Shown piece after piece: positions 21,498 to 33,255 of a stretch of 64,000 nt of DNA; position 1 is the first letter of the stretch, and each line of letters begins with the position of its first letter. A program made the position numbers and the translations under genes. The notes beneath the pieces are model-generated. The model was not told the DNA's origin. It made no database searches and saw only the letters and a list, made by a program, of their open reading frames with translations. This stretch comes from Ascoidea asiatica JCM 7603. Its lineage: Eukaryota > Fungi > Ascomycota. The stretch spans positions 422,890 through 486,889 of the forward strand of contig BCKQ01000002.1 in assembly GCA_001600695.1 (NCBI GenBank), given 5' to 3'.

Positions 21498-22447
21498 ATG
21501 GGTAAAGATCATTTTGTTAAACAACATAAAAGAGCTGGTCATCGTACCTCTCCAAAATCTGATAATGTTTATTTAAAACTTTTAGTTAAATTATATTCCT
21601 TTTTAGCTCGTAAGTTATTGTTTTGAAATATGATTTTTGAAATAAAAATTCTAAATGAGCATAAATCATTATGTTAATTTATTAAGTGGAAAACAATAAA
21701 AACTGGTCAGACAAAGAAATTTATAGTTATAAATATTTTACTTTACTTTAAAAAAGAAGTTTCAATAAAAGAAGAATTTTAATCTCATATCCTGAAATTT
21801 TTAGGTGTCTAGTGTCCAATATTATTGGCTCCACCCTTAAGATTTATTCAATGTTTTTGTATTTTAGTAACTTCTTTAATACTTCAATGTTAATAAATCT
21901 TTTGGTGTGTTGAGTAATTTTCTGCGAGTGCATTTTTTTATTGAAAAGTGTGCGATCTTTGAGCAGTGAATATCATACTAACTTTATTTATATTATAGGT
22001 CGTACTGATGCTCCATTTAATAAGGTTATCTTAAGATCATTATTTTTATCAAAAATTAATCGTCCTCCAGTTTCCATTACTCGTATCAATCATGTTTTAA
22101 GTCAATCAGGTACTGAAGGTAAAGTTGCTGTTGTTGTTGGTACAATCACTGATGATAATCGTCTTCATGAATTAAAAAAAATTTCAGTTGCTGCTTTAAG
22201 ATTTACTGAATCCGCAAAAGCTAAAATTTTAAAAGCTGGTGGTGAATGTATTACTTTAGATCAATTAGCTTTAAGAGCTCCAAAAGGTCAAAATACTGTT
22301 ATCATTCGTGGTGCAAGAAATGCAAGAGAAGCTGTTAGACATTTCGGTATGGGTCCACATAAACATAAAGCTCCAAAAGTTATATCTAAAGGTAGAAAAT
22401 TTGAAAGAGCTAGAGGTAGAAGAAAGTCTAGAGGTTTCAAAGTTTAA
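21498..22447 (+). CDS. RPL18: 60S ribosomal protein eL18; exons 21498-21609 and 21999-22447
   Basis: MGKDH...[16 protein letters not shown] joined across GTAAGT...TACTAAC...TAG. Ends [11 protein letters not shown]. Confidence 0.98.
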
Positions 22448-22861
22448 TCTAGCTTCTATTTTAATTTACTTTGTATATTGTGTTTTTTACATATTTCTTC
22501 CAAAATAAATAAGATCCTAGAATACAATTATTATTCTTTTCGATTGTAGTGTATTTTTACTCTTAATTTTTAAAGTCCTCATTTAAATTCTCTTCAATTT
22601 ATCTCTATTTACCCCATTATCTGAAATAGCTTGAAGCGAATTTGTGAATTAAAATTTCCTGTCCGGGTAAGTGTTTATGTAATATGACATAGTTAATAGA
22701 TCTCCAGATACTGAACTGGTTTTGTTAGTGAAGTGTTAACTGTTAACTATGAGAGATAACAACAAACCAAGAATAAAACAATAAAATAATACTGAAATTG
22801 ATATTATTATTGTTATTGCTATCGAATACAATTGACAACTTGGGAATATTGTTAATCGATT

Positions 22862-22893
<32 letters not shown>

Positions 22894-22937
22894 AGATTTC
22901 AAATACCTTATTCAATACAAAAAGAAGAAGAATTTCA

Positions 22938-23594
22938 ATGGTTAAATCTACACTTATTTATAGATATGATGGAATTCCATTATGTGGTTCAGTTGATGAT
23001 GATAATAGTCCTGAATTAGCTGAAGAAAAAAATCAAATAAAACTTTTAGTTTCTAAAATTAATATAAATTCTCAACCACAGGTTTCTATTAAAACTGCAG
23101 GTTCTGATGATTCAATTCATTATTTAATTTCCAATGAAATTTTTTATTTTGTGATTTGTGATAAATCTTATCCAAGAAAATTAGCTTTTACTTATCTTCA
23201 AGAAGTTTCAACTGAATTTTATAATTCTTTTGGTCAAGAAGCTTTATCATCAACTAATCTTAGACCTTATGCATTTATTCAATTTGATAATTTTTTAAGT
23301 AAAACTAAAAAAGTTTATCTTAATATTAGAGCCCAAACAAATTTAGATAAATTAAATTCAGAATTAACTGATGTAAAAAATATTATGACTCAAAATATTG
23401 AAGATATTTTATATAGAGGAAAATCTTTAGATACAATGACTGATTTATCAAGTACTTTAAGAACTGAAAGTGCTAAATATCGTAAAGCAGCTCAAAAAAT
23501 TAATTTTGATTTACTTATACGACAATATGCTCCTGTAGCTGGTCTTGGTTTATTAATTGTTTTTTTCATTTGGTATCTATTTTTAAAAGGTTAA
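22938..23594 (+). CDS. SEC22: R-SNARE Sec22
   Basis: Longin domain (SYPRKLAFTYL, RPYAFIQFD), NIE segment, RG zero layer and C-terminal TM. Confidence 0.96.
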   Translation: MVKSTLIYRYDGIPLCGSVDDDNSPELAEEKNQIKLLVSKININSQPQVSIKTAGSDDSIHYLISNEIFYFVICDKSYPRKLAFTYLQEVSTEFYNSFGQEALSSTNLRPYAFIQFDNFLSKTKKVYLNIRAQTNLDKLNSELTDVKNIMTQNIEDILYRGKSLDTMTDLSSTLRTESAKYRKAAQKINFDLLIRQYAPVAGLGLLIVFFIWYLFLKG

Positions 23595-24179
23595 ATTTTT
23601 AATCTTTTTAATTACTTTGATTTAAACATTGTTTTGTATTTTTAAAAAAGAAAATTTCAATATTAAGTTTGTAAATCAATACTTTGGATGTTATATGAAT
23701 ATATAAAAAAGTAATTCAATTAATCTTCTGAATTATTTAGTTTAGCTGAATATTGAAAGTCTATAAGTTCGTTCATAAATGTTTTTTTTCTTTTCTTCTT
23801 TTTTTTTGATTTTTTTTTTCTCAATTCAAAATTTCTTATTACTTTAGTAGTTTAATAAAAAATTACATTCACAATCATTAGCTTTTGAATGAACATGATA
23901 AATATTCTAAATTTATTCTTTATTCTCGATCATAAAAACATATTTCATATAAATTATTTAATATATTAACTTTACCTTTAGCTTAAAGTTAATATATTCA
24001 TTTATTCTTTCATTCACGGACTTTATTAAGGTTTAATAAAGATTTGATCTAAAATATGGCATTTGATTGCCATTGCAAAAGTTACTTAATAAATTCAACA
24101 GCAGCTATCTACATTCCTTTTTAATCTATCGATTATTAGAAATATAAATAAATTCTTGAGTTAAAACACTTTACTCACA

Positions 24180-25289
24180 ATGGATTCTAGTTTTCATAAT
24201 CATAGTAAAGTATCAAATCTTGAGGATTTCCAAAGATATTTAGTTGAATGTAATAATATAATTGCACTTTGTGGAGCTGGATTATCTGTAGCTTCTGGAA
24301 TACCAACATTTAAAAATTCGAATGGATTTTGGAATAATTATTCTGCAATAGATTTAGCAACTCCGGATGCCTTTGATAATGATCCAGGTTTAGTTTGGCA
24401 ATTTTATTCAGAAAGAAGAAATCAAGCTTTGAAAGCAAAACCAAATCCAGGACATTATGCTTTAGCAGAATTATCACATCAATTTAATAGTAGTAATAAA
24501 TTAAATCAATATTATGGTAAGAAATTTTTAACTTTAACACAAAATATTGATGGTTTAAGTTATAAAGCAGGTCATGATCCAAATCATTTAATTCAATTAC
24601 ATGGTTCATTATTCAATTTGAAATGTACTGGATTTTTTTGTAATTATTGTGAGGAAAATAATTTCAAGAAAGAAATTATAAAAGATTTTAAAATTTTAAG
24701 AAATTTAAAAAATTCAAAAAAAAGAATAATTTCAAATAAAATAAATAGTAAAACCATCCAGAATAAGAAAAAAAATTTAAATTTAAGTGAAAATGAAAAT
24801 GAAAATATAAATAATAAAATTGAAGATGAAAATATTGAATTTGAAGAACTTAATAAATCTAATACTAATAATTCTAATAACTCTAATAATTCACTTATTC
24901 CTGTAAAAAGTTTAGAAATTAATAAATTACCAAAATGTCCAAAATGTAAAGATGCATTATTAAGACCTGGGGTTGTATGGTTTGGAGAATCATTACCTTT
25001 AAGAATGATTGATAGAGTTGATAATTTTCTTGAAGAAAATAGAGTTGAATTAATTTTGGTAATAGGAACAAGTGGTAATATATGGCCTGCAGTTGGATAT
25101 ATTGAAAGAGTAATAAATCAAGGTGGTAAGGTTGCAATATTTAATAAAGAAATTGATTTAGAAGAATTAGAAAAAGATAATATTGGGTGGGGATTTTTAG
25201 GAGATGCAGAAAAAAATCTTCCAATAGCTTTAGAACCCTTAATTGGTTCAAAATATTATAAAAGTAAGAATAAAAGGAAATTTTTTTAA
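24180..25289 (+). CDS. Class III sirtuin (SIRT5/CobB-like NAD-dependent deacylase)
   Basis: GAGLS.ASGIPTF, TQNIDGL, HGSL, LRPGVVWFGE, GTSG. The YxxR motif in VWQFYSERR marks class III. Confidence 0.88.
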   Translation: MDSSFHNHSKVSNLEDFQRYLVECNNIIALCGAGLSVASGIPTFKNSNGFWNNYSAIDLATPDAFDNDPGLVWQFYSERRNQALKAKPNPGHYALAELSHQFNSSNKLNQYYGKKFLTLTQNIDGLSYKAGHDPNHLIQLHGSLFNLKCTGFFCNYCEENNFKKEIIKDFKILRNLKNSKKRIISNKINSKTIQNKKKNLNLSENENENINNKIEDENIEFEELNKSNTNNSNNSNNSLIPVKSLEINKLPKCPKCKDALLRPGVVWFGESLPLRMIDRVDNFLEENRVELILVIGTSGNIWPAVGYIERVINQGGKVAIFNKEIDLEELEKDNIGWGFLGDAEKNLPIALEPLIGSKYYKSKNKRKFF

Positions 25290-25396
25290 ATTATCATTAT
25301 TAAGTATATTTATTTATTTATTTATGAATCGTTGAAAAGTTCTATGAAAAGATTTATATATTATTTCTTAATTAAGATTAATTAAGTTTAAAATGA

Positions 25397-26917
25397 TTAG
25401 AAATTGATTGGTTTATCATAAGCATCCATTGCAGCTTCTTTGAAAGCTTCAGATAAAGTTGGATGAGCATGAGAAACTCTAGCAATATCTTCAGCAGAGG
25501 CACCATATTCAATAGCTAAACCAGCTTCTGAAATCATTTCACCAGCATTTGAACCAATAATATGTACACCTAAAACTCTTTCAGATTCAGCATCAATAAT
25601 AAATTTAACAAAACCTTCAGTATCTAAATTAGTTTTTGCTCTTGAATTTGCAATAAATGGGAATTTACCAACTTTATATTTAATACCAGCAGCTTTTAAA
25701 TCTTCTTCAGATTTACCAACCCAAGCAACTTCAGGATGAGTATATAAAACACCAGGTATATTACCATAATTTACATGACCATGACCGTTTTTTATATATT
25801 CAGCAGCAGCTATACCTTCTTCTTCTGCTTTATGAGCAAGCATTGGACCAAAAGTTACATCACCAATAACTCTAATATTTGGATGTTTAGTTTTAAATTC
25901 AGAATCAATAATAAGTCTACCTTTATTATCAACATCAAGATCTATAGCTTCAGCATTAAGACCTTTAACATAAGGTCTTCTACCTATGGCAACTAATAAA
26001 ACATCAGCAGATAAAGTTTCTTTTTTATTTGATTTAACATCTTCAATTTCAACATTAACAATTTCACCATCTTTTTTACCACTAAGAACTTTATTACCAG
26101 TTTTAAAAATAATACCTTGTTTTTTTAAAATTTTTTGAATATTTTTGGCAATTTCACCATCCATACCAGCACCACCAATAATTGAATTATATTCAACAAC
26201 AGTAACTTCAGCACCTAATCTTGACCAAACAGAACCCATTTCTAAACCAATAATACCACCACCAATTACAACCATTTTTTTTGGAATTTTTTTTAATGCT
26301 AAAGCACCAGTTGAAGTAACAATTTGAGTTTCATCAATTTCAATACCTGGGAATGGAGTTGCTTCAGAACCTGTAGCAATAATTATATCTTTTGCTTTTA
26401 ATATAGTTTCTTCAGTATTTTCTTCAATTGGAGTAACTTTAATTGAATTTTTATCTATAAAAGAACCAGTACCTTTATAATAAGTAATTTTATTTTTTTT
26501 AAATAACATTTCAATACCACCAGTTAAAGCATTTACAGCTTTTTCTTTTGCAGCTTGTAATTGATCTACATTAATTTTAACATCAGAAACTTCAATACCT
26601 CTTTCTTTAGTATCAGTTTTAATTTGATGATAAATTTGAGTATTATTTAATAAAGATTTTGAAGGTATACAACCAACATTTAAACAAGTACCACCTAATT
26701 TACCTCTTTTTTCAATACAAGCAGTATTATAACCTAATTGAGCAGCTTTAATTGCAGCTACATAACCACCAGGACCACCACCAATTACAACAATATCATG
26801 TTCTTTTGTTGAAATTCCACGAGAAATTAATGAAAATGAATAATTTAAAGAAGAATATAATGATGATTTTGATCTTAATAATGGATTAATAGTTTTGAAT
26901 GTTGAAGTTTTAAGCAT
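25397..26917 (-). CDS. LPD1: Dihydrolipoamide dehydrogenase
   Basis: [19 protein letters not shown] and HAHPTLSE motifs; mitochondrial presequence. Confidence 0.98.
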   Translation of the reverse strand: MLKTSTFKTINPLLRSKSSLYSSLNYSFSLISRGISTKEHDIVVIGGGPGGYVAAIKAAQLGYNTACIEKRGKLGGTCLNVGCIPSKSLLNNTQIYHQIKTDTKERGIEVSDVKINVDQLQAAKEKAVNALTGGIEMLFKKNKITYYKGTGSFIDKNSIKVTPIEENTEETILKAKDIIIATGSEATPFPGIEIDETQIVTSTGALALKKIPKKMVVIGGGIIGLEMGSVWSRLGAEVTVVEYNSIIGGAGMDGEIAKNIQKILKKQGIIFKTGNKVLSGKKDGEIVNVEIEDVKSNKKETLSADVLLVAIGRRPYVKGLNAEAIDLDVDNKGRLIIDSEFKTKHPNIRVIGDVTFGPMLAHKAEEEGIAAAEYIKNGHGHVNYGNIPGVLYTHPEVAWVGKSEEDLKAAGIKYKVGKFPFIANSRAKTNLDTEGFVKFIIDAESERVLGVHIIGSNAGEMISEAGLAIEYGASAEDIARVSHAHPTLSEAFKEAAMDAYDKPINF

Positions 26918-28222
26918 TGTGATATATGTATTTTATGTAAATATTATTAGAAAATAAAACAAGGAAAGTGAAAAAAAAAAATGAGTAAGATTTGAAATTT
27001 TCCTTAAATTGAAATGAATATATTAATTAATATAATCTTTGAGATGATCTTGGGTAATCTTTGATATAATATAATATAATCTTCAATTCAATAAAAAGAA
27101 ATTGAGAATGATTGGGATGAAATTAAAATCGAAAATACAAATTAGTATATGGAGAGAAGTTGATTTAATGAAATTAATATCAAGGATATGATAATTAGTA
27201 ATTCGAGAGGTATTAAAAGAGGTTTATCGAATATATTAGTTTATTGTAGTATTATTAGTATTATTAGTAGTGATAGTAATGCTAATAGTAATACTAATAG
27301 CAGAGTATACTCTTAATTGTTAAGGGTTAACTTAACCAAGGTATCCAAGGACTGTAAGGGTATTCCCTAGGATTTAGCGGTGGCAGCGCAGTGCAAAACG
27401 CGTGCCACTCAAACAGCACCCAACTCAGAAGCAGCGCAGAAACTGAATTGCAACTGAATTGCACCAAAACTGCACCAAAACTGCACCAGAATTGCAAAAG
27501 TGCTGGAACCGTAAGCAAATACTCCCATGGCCTACCCACTGACGGCCCCTCCAATGCCCGCCAAACGCATGGCCTCCCACCCGTTTCTACCGCATTCGGT
27601 TCCGACTCGGGCTATTATTGTTGTTTCCGCCAAATCACTCATTGACAGCTGTCCTAATATATGCTTCCTATATTTTATAAAATTTTATCCAGTAATTATC
27701 ATATGACTATGTCCTGAATTTGTTATATTGTTGATTTTCAATAAAGAGCGTGCGTGTGCATTTACCGACACTCAAGTACAAAACCAGCACAATGGGGCCT
27801 TTCCAGAACGTTCCGAGTGTTTTTGTGTGACCAAGTGCCCCAGCTCCGGCTGGTCTCTGATTGGCCATGCTCCTGGAAACGCAACGAACTTTTCCAGCTT
27901 CCCGTAACCTAACACAGTATTACGGTAAGCTCTTGCTAGCGTTAAAACCGTAGGCATGATCTCGACTTTGAAATATTACCTTTATTTTTCCCTTTTGACA
28001 ATGGAGGCAAATACAATTCTTCATATTTGTAATATCCACATATTGTATCTAAAGTTACTATTAGTACCGTTAAGTTATTCAACAGTGATATATAAATATA
28101 CCTTTATATTATTTATTGAATTTCTATTATTCTATTAATCTCATTGTTAATTATAAATTTTTATAAATAAAAGCAATACATTCAATAACTAAACAAATTA
28201 ATCCACGAATATACATACAAAA

Positions 28223-28693
28223 ATGGCAAGACAAAGAGGAAGACCATCATCTGCTCCAAGAAGAAGTTATGGAACAACTGCTGCTCCAAGAGTTGCACCA
28301 CCACCTCGTGCTCCAATTCAAAAAGCTTCAACTCCAGCTCCAGCTCCAGCTCAAGTTGCTTCTTCACAAGCTCAGTCTTCTCAACCTGGTTTATTTTCAC
28401 AAATGGCTTCAACTGCTGCCGGTGTTGCAGTTGGTTCAACTGTTGGTCATGTTCTTGGTGCTGGTATATCTGGTTTATTTGGTGGTTCAAGTGCACCAGC
28501 TCCAGTTCAATCTGAAGTTGCTCCACCAGCTCAATTAGCTCAATCTTCTCCTTTTGAATCTCAATCAAATTCTTGTGATTATGATGCTAAAAACTTTACT
28601 GATTGTTTAAGTCAAAATAATGGTGATATGACTCCATGTCAATTTTATTTTGAAGCTTTAAAACAATGTCAATCTGCTTCAAGATCTTTTTAA
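28223..28693 (+). CDS. MIX17: Twin CX9C intermembrane-space protein (CHCHD2/10 family)
   Basis: PGLFSQMASTAAGVAVGS and a C-terminal CX9C pair. Confidence 0.95.
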   Translation: MARQRGRPSSAPRRSYGTTAAPRVAPPPRAPIQKASTPAPAPAQVASSQAQSSQPGLFSQMASTAAGVAVGSTVGHVLGAGISGLFGGSSAPAPVQSEVAPPAQLAQSSPFESQSNSCDYDAKNFTDCLSQNNGDMTPCQFYFEALKQCQSASRSF

Positions 28694-29487
28694 TTAATTA
28701 ATTAATTAATTATTTATTTATTTATTTATTTAAATATTTTTATTCTATATTCTTTAATCCTTCAAAAATCTCATTTGTTTTTTTCTCCTTTCTTGTAAAT
28801 CTCAATATAATATAAATATAAATATAATCATAAATAATATAAGAATATAAATTAAATTAAAACTAAATCTATTATGTAATCGGTTATGTAATCATCTTTG
28901 TGATCAAAAGAAATAAAAAATTTTCGCGATGCTTTTTTCAAATATTCGGCTAAATGAAAGTGATTTATTCAAAATGTCAATATCAAATGAATTATTATGT
29001 AAGATATTACCTAATTTATTAACTAATTTATTAAAGATAAAAATATCAAATAAAAATATTGAAAAAAATAGTAATAAAGTGCTTAAATATAAACTAAAAT
29101 TAAACAACTTGAAAAAAAAAATTTATGTATTTTTACCTTGATTTATTTGTAAAATTTTTTAACCTTCACCATGAAATCATAATAGTATTTCTTCTGTAGT
29201 AAAGATTATACCGTACAGAAGAATGAAATGTAAAAAAAAAAAAACTAAAAAAATTATAAAAAATGAAAAAAAAATTGAAAAAAAAATCAATTAACTATAT
29301 GATTCAGAATTTATTTTGAATAATAAAAAAGAAAAAAATGAAAGTAAGAACAAAAATTAAAATGGATATGATGTAATGAGAAAAAAAAAAAAAGTAGAAG
29401 TACTATAAAGTCACTCTAAAATATTAATATAAAAAAAAGTAATATATAAATTTTAACTTGAAGCTAAATATTTCTATTTTTTTTTTC

Positions 29488-31404
29488 TTATATATTTAAT
29501 TTTGAACTTTTATTATCTTCGGCTTGTTCATTTAAGTCAAATAATTGATCAAGATACACACTTGGAGTTTTCTTTCTTCCATGTTGTTTGTTATTATTGT
29601 TATTTGTTACTGTAGAATTTCCAGTATTATTTGCAGTTATAATATTATTTGTATTTGTATTATTAGTATTAGTATTGGTATTATTTGAATTTAAACCAGA
29701 TAATGAAATTTGATTAGAAAATAAAGAATAACTTCTATCTAAAGTTGGATTTATAATATTTGTATTGGAATTTAAATTTGAATTTGAATTAGAATTTGAA
29801 TTTGTATCAATGTTATTATTTTTTAAACTATTTACGTTTATACTTGAATTATTCATAGTCATTGAACTTATTATTGCAGTATTACCAATATTACCTGTGT
29901 TACCTGTATTACCAGTTGCTCCAGTATTATTATTTTGAATTTGATTATTTGTACAAGTTATATTACTTGTAATATCTGAGAATGAATTTTTTTGATTATC
30001 TTTTGTATAAATACTATTATCATTTAAATTTGGAGTTTGAGAAGGTGATTGATCAAATAATGAAGTTGAATTATTACGTGATTGATGATAAAATGAATTT
30101 GTATTCTGACCATTAATACCAGTTAAACCAGTAAATTGAGGTACAATACCATTTTGAGATTGTAAATGATTTTGTAAATGAGATTGTAGATGATTTTGAG
30201 ATTGAGTTTGATACATGATTTCTGTTACTGGAGATATAAATAAAGATTTTCTTGTATTATCTTTCATTTCTTTTATGGATAAATGTAATTTTTTCTTATT
30301 TAGGTTATTGTTATTGTCATTATTGTTGCTATTATTAATATTATCATTTGATGTCAATAAGTTTAAGTTTGATAAATTATAACTATTTCTTAATTTTTTT
30401 CCAACAGGGTTATATAAATCATCAATAGACTGATTATTATTATTATTATTAATATTAGAGTCAGGTTGAAGTAAACCTTTTTCAGCTTTATCATTATCAA
30501 AAGAAGAACCTGAATTTGAACCTGAATTTGAGCCAGAATTCGAATTTCTTGTATGATTTTGGATTGGATTCATTGAATTACTAATATTATTATTATTATT
30601 GAATCCATCAGATATACCAATCATTTTACCATAATATTTATTATTTTCTAATAAATTCTTTTTATGTTCATTATTTGCAATTTTTCTTGAGATTAGATAA
30701 ACTGAAAGATTAATTGTAGCAATAGTTAAGAAAATAAAGGCTAAAATTGCACCTAAAATTATAAAAACGGTACCATTTTTGAAACTTGTTTTTGAGATAT
30801 TTGGATTATTTTGAGTTGGAGGAATTGTTGGAGAATATGAAGGAACTGAAGTAGATAAAGTTGGTAAATCAGACAGAGAAGTAGATGATAATGAAGATGA
30901 AGATGATGTGGAGGTTATTGTTGAACTCGAACTAGAACTTGAGCTAGATTTAGAAGAAGTTGTTGAGGTTAAAGATTTTGAACTTGTAGAAGTTGAAGTT
31001 GTAGATGAAGATGAAGATGAAGATTTAGATGTTGAAGTAGAGGAAGTTGAAGTGGATGATGTAGAGGTTGTTGAAGAGGATGTGGTGGAAGTTGAAGAAT
31101 CATCAGCAGCAGTAGTAACATCATCAGATGCAGTTGAAGAATCATCAGAAGTGGATGATGTATCGTCAGTAGTAGTTGATGTATCATCATCAGTGGTTGA
31201 TATATCCGAGGTGGTTGATGTATCATCATCAGTTTTTGAAGTGTCTGAAGTTGATGTTGTTGCAGTTGTTGAAGTGTGTGAAGTTGTTGATGTTGTAGTA
31301 TCTGAGGTGGAAGTAGATGAGGTTGAAGTTGAGGTTGTTTCAGTTGTTGCAGCTAAAGCATAAGTTGAAAATAAAGTTAAAGAAAGTAATATTGAGAGAC
31401 GCAT
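29488..31404 (-). CDS. CSI2: Ser/Thr-rich type I membrane protein, Csi2/Prm5 family
   Basis: Signal peptide, S/T ectodomain, PPTQNNP...GTVFIILGAIL TM, SLFISPVTE and C-terminal PSVYLDQL. Confidence 0.7.
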   Translation of the reverse strand: MRLSILLSLTLFSTYALAATTETTSTSTSSTSTSDTTTSTTSHTSTTATTSTSDTSKTDDDTSTTSDISTTDDDTSTTTDDTSSTSDDSSTASDDVTTAADDSSTSTTSSSTTSTSSTSTSSTSTSKSSSSSSSTTSTSTSSKSLTSTTSSKSSSSSSSSSTITSTSSSSSLSSTSLSDLPTLSTSVPSYSPTIPPTQNNPNISKTSFKNGTVFIILGAILAFIFLTIATINLSVYLISRKIANNEHKKNLLENNKYYGKMIGISDGFNNNNNISNSMNPIQNHTRNSNSGSNSGSNSGSSFDNDKAEKGLLQPDSNINNNNNNQSIDDLYNPVGKKLRNSYNLSNLNLLTSNDNINNSNNNDNNNNLNKKKLHLSIKEMKDNTRKSLFISPVTEIMYQTQSQNHLQSHLQNHLQSQNGIVPQFTGLTGINGQNTNSFYHQSRNNSTSLFDQSPSQTPNLNDNSIYTKDNQKNSFSDITSNITCTNNQIQNNNTGATGNTGNTGNIGNTAIISSMTMNNSSINVNSLKNNNIDTNSNSNSNSNLNSNTNIINPTLDRSYSLFSNQISLSGLNSNNTNTNTNNTNTNNIITANNTGNSTVTNNNNNKQHGRKKTPSVYLDQLFDLNEQAEDNKSSKLNI

Positions 31405-33255
31405 TCTTATTTATTATTTTGATTATATTTATTTATCTTATTGTTAATAGCAATGAATTAAAAAAGTGAAAGTGATTGAATGAAAAAGAGAATTTTATTA
31501 AAAGCAAAATTTTTATATTGTTTATATTATTAAAAAGCGAATGAATAATATGATATAAATTAATAAAAATATAAAGAAATAAACATAAAAAATTGAATTA
31601 AAAAATTAGAATTAAATTTGATTAAAATTTACAAACTTCATAAATGATATTGATAATATTGATAATCTTGGAATTATTGATAATATTGAAATTATTGATA
31701 ATATTGAAATTATTGATTTGATTAATGTGATAAGTAATATAAATTGATGAAAATTTTTAAAGAATAATAAGCTTTAATTTAAAAAAATTGATTAGCAATG
31801 TATTTAGATTAAGTATCAGAGTATTTGTATAAACTTGATTAATATAGTTGAGTATGAAAAATGATTAATATTTTTTTTTTAATAATAGAAGAAGAGATAA
31901 ATATTAATAAATTTTGGATAAGATAGAAATATAATTAAAAGGAGAGATATGAATAGTTTAGTATTAGTTAATAATCTTAGTATTGAAATAAATAGTAGTT
32001 GTTGTTAGGCAGTGACAGAGGGATACAGTTATATTTTTAGGTATTTTTAATGAAATATTTATTTATAGTTATTGAATATTTTTAAGAATAAAGGATAAAA
32101 AAGAATAAACACAAAGATTGAAGAACAAAGAAAAGAAAAAAAAAAAAAGAATCTTGAAAAGTAAGAATATATCGATATATTATTATATTGATATATATTA
32201 TTATTTTATTGAATTGAATATTGATATTTCAATATTTCAAGATGAAATAAATGAAATATATGGAAACATGAGAAATGAGATGAGTGAGAAAAAAGCAAAA
32301 AAGCAAAAAAGCAAAAAAGCAAAAAAGCAAAAAAACAAGAGAAAACAAGAGAAAATGGAGAATAAAAATTTACCTGGGCAAGAAACGATGAAAAAAACAG
32401 ATCAAAAGCAAAACAAAAAAGCAAAATACACATAAAAATAGTAAAACCACCTGAAAACCAGATAAAACCCACAATGAAGCTGAAATTCGAGTGAGAATTC
32501 TGATCCAGAACAATTTAGCATCAATTTATCAACAATTAACTAACAATTGTTACTTGTTTAGTGCTCGTGGCAGAGCGTGGACTTTTACGGAGCTGCTAAG
32601 CACAAACGCAGCATTTGCAACAAATGCGACAGAAGCAGCTCAAGCAGCCCAAGTACCGTGAACCTTATCCCCTGCCAGGCGCTCTGTCTTGTCTATTGAC
32701 ACGTGACAGGCATGGTCTTTAGCTCTGGTTTTTCCCAATCGGGGCCCAAACAGGAGATGAAATTAAGGGGTTTTCACAGGTTCAGCTTCTTTAACGTAAG
32801 TTATTGGGCTTTGAAAAAACTGGTAAGTGTTGTACACGGTAATTTCATTTCCCCTTTCAGCACCGCAAGGAAAAGAAAAAGCACGGAAGTTTCCCTTCCG
32901 GTAATTTCTGTCACTTTTAGATTTCTCGGCTTTAATTAGGACATTACGTTGAAATATACAGGACCTCTTGCACTAACCATACGAAGTTGCTTTTCCGGTG
33001 GCGCATCCACACTGCTGGTACTCCAACGACTGTCACTCACTTGATTCACTTGATTCACTTCAAATCGAGTGAAAATTTAATATATTGCAGAAGAGAATAA
33101 AGAGTAGAAAACAAAAAAAAAGTATCAGCGCTAATTTATGTAAATGTTTATTAGATATTTAGATAATTTAATATCTTTTTAATCACATATTTTAATAGAT
33201 CAATCAGTAGATCAACCATTGGATTCATAAAAAGAAAGAGTAGACAATATCATTA

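Noticed and set aside
28904-29141. 70-aa ORFs between MIX17 and CSI2
   Set aside because: No recognisable motif. Consistent with chance in a convergent terminator region.
30908-31363. 151-aa acidic E/V/D ORF on the + strand
   Set aside because: Antisense shadow of the Ser/Thr-rich CSI2-like ectodomain. The same applies to 44653-44862 and 63500-63754.
32118-32472. Lys-rich and Phe-rich ORFs
   Set aside because: Translation of (AAAAAAGC)n and A-rich simple repeats.
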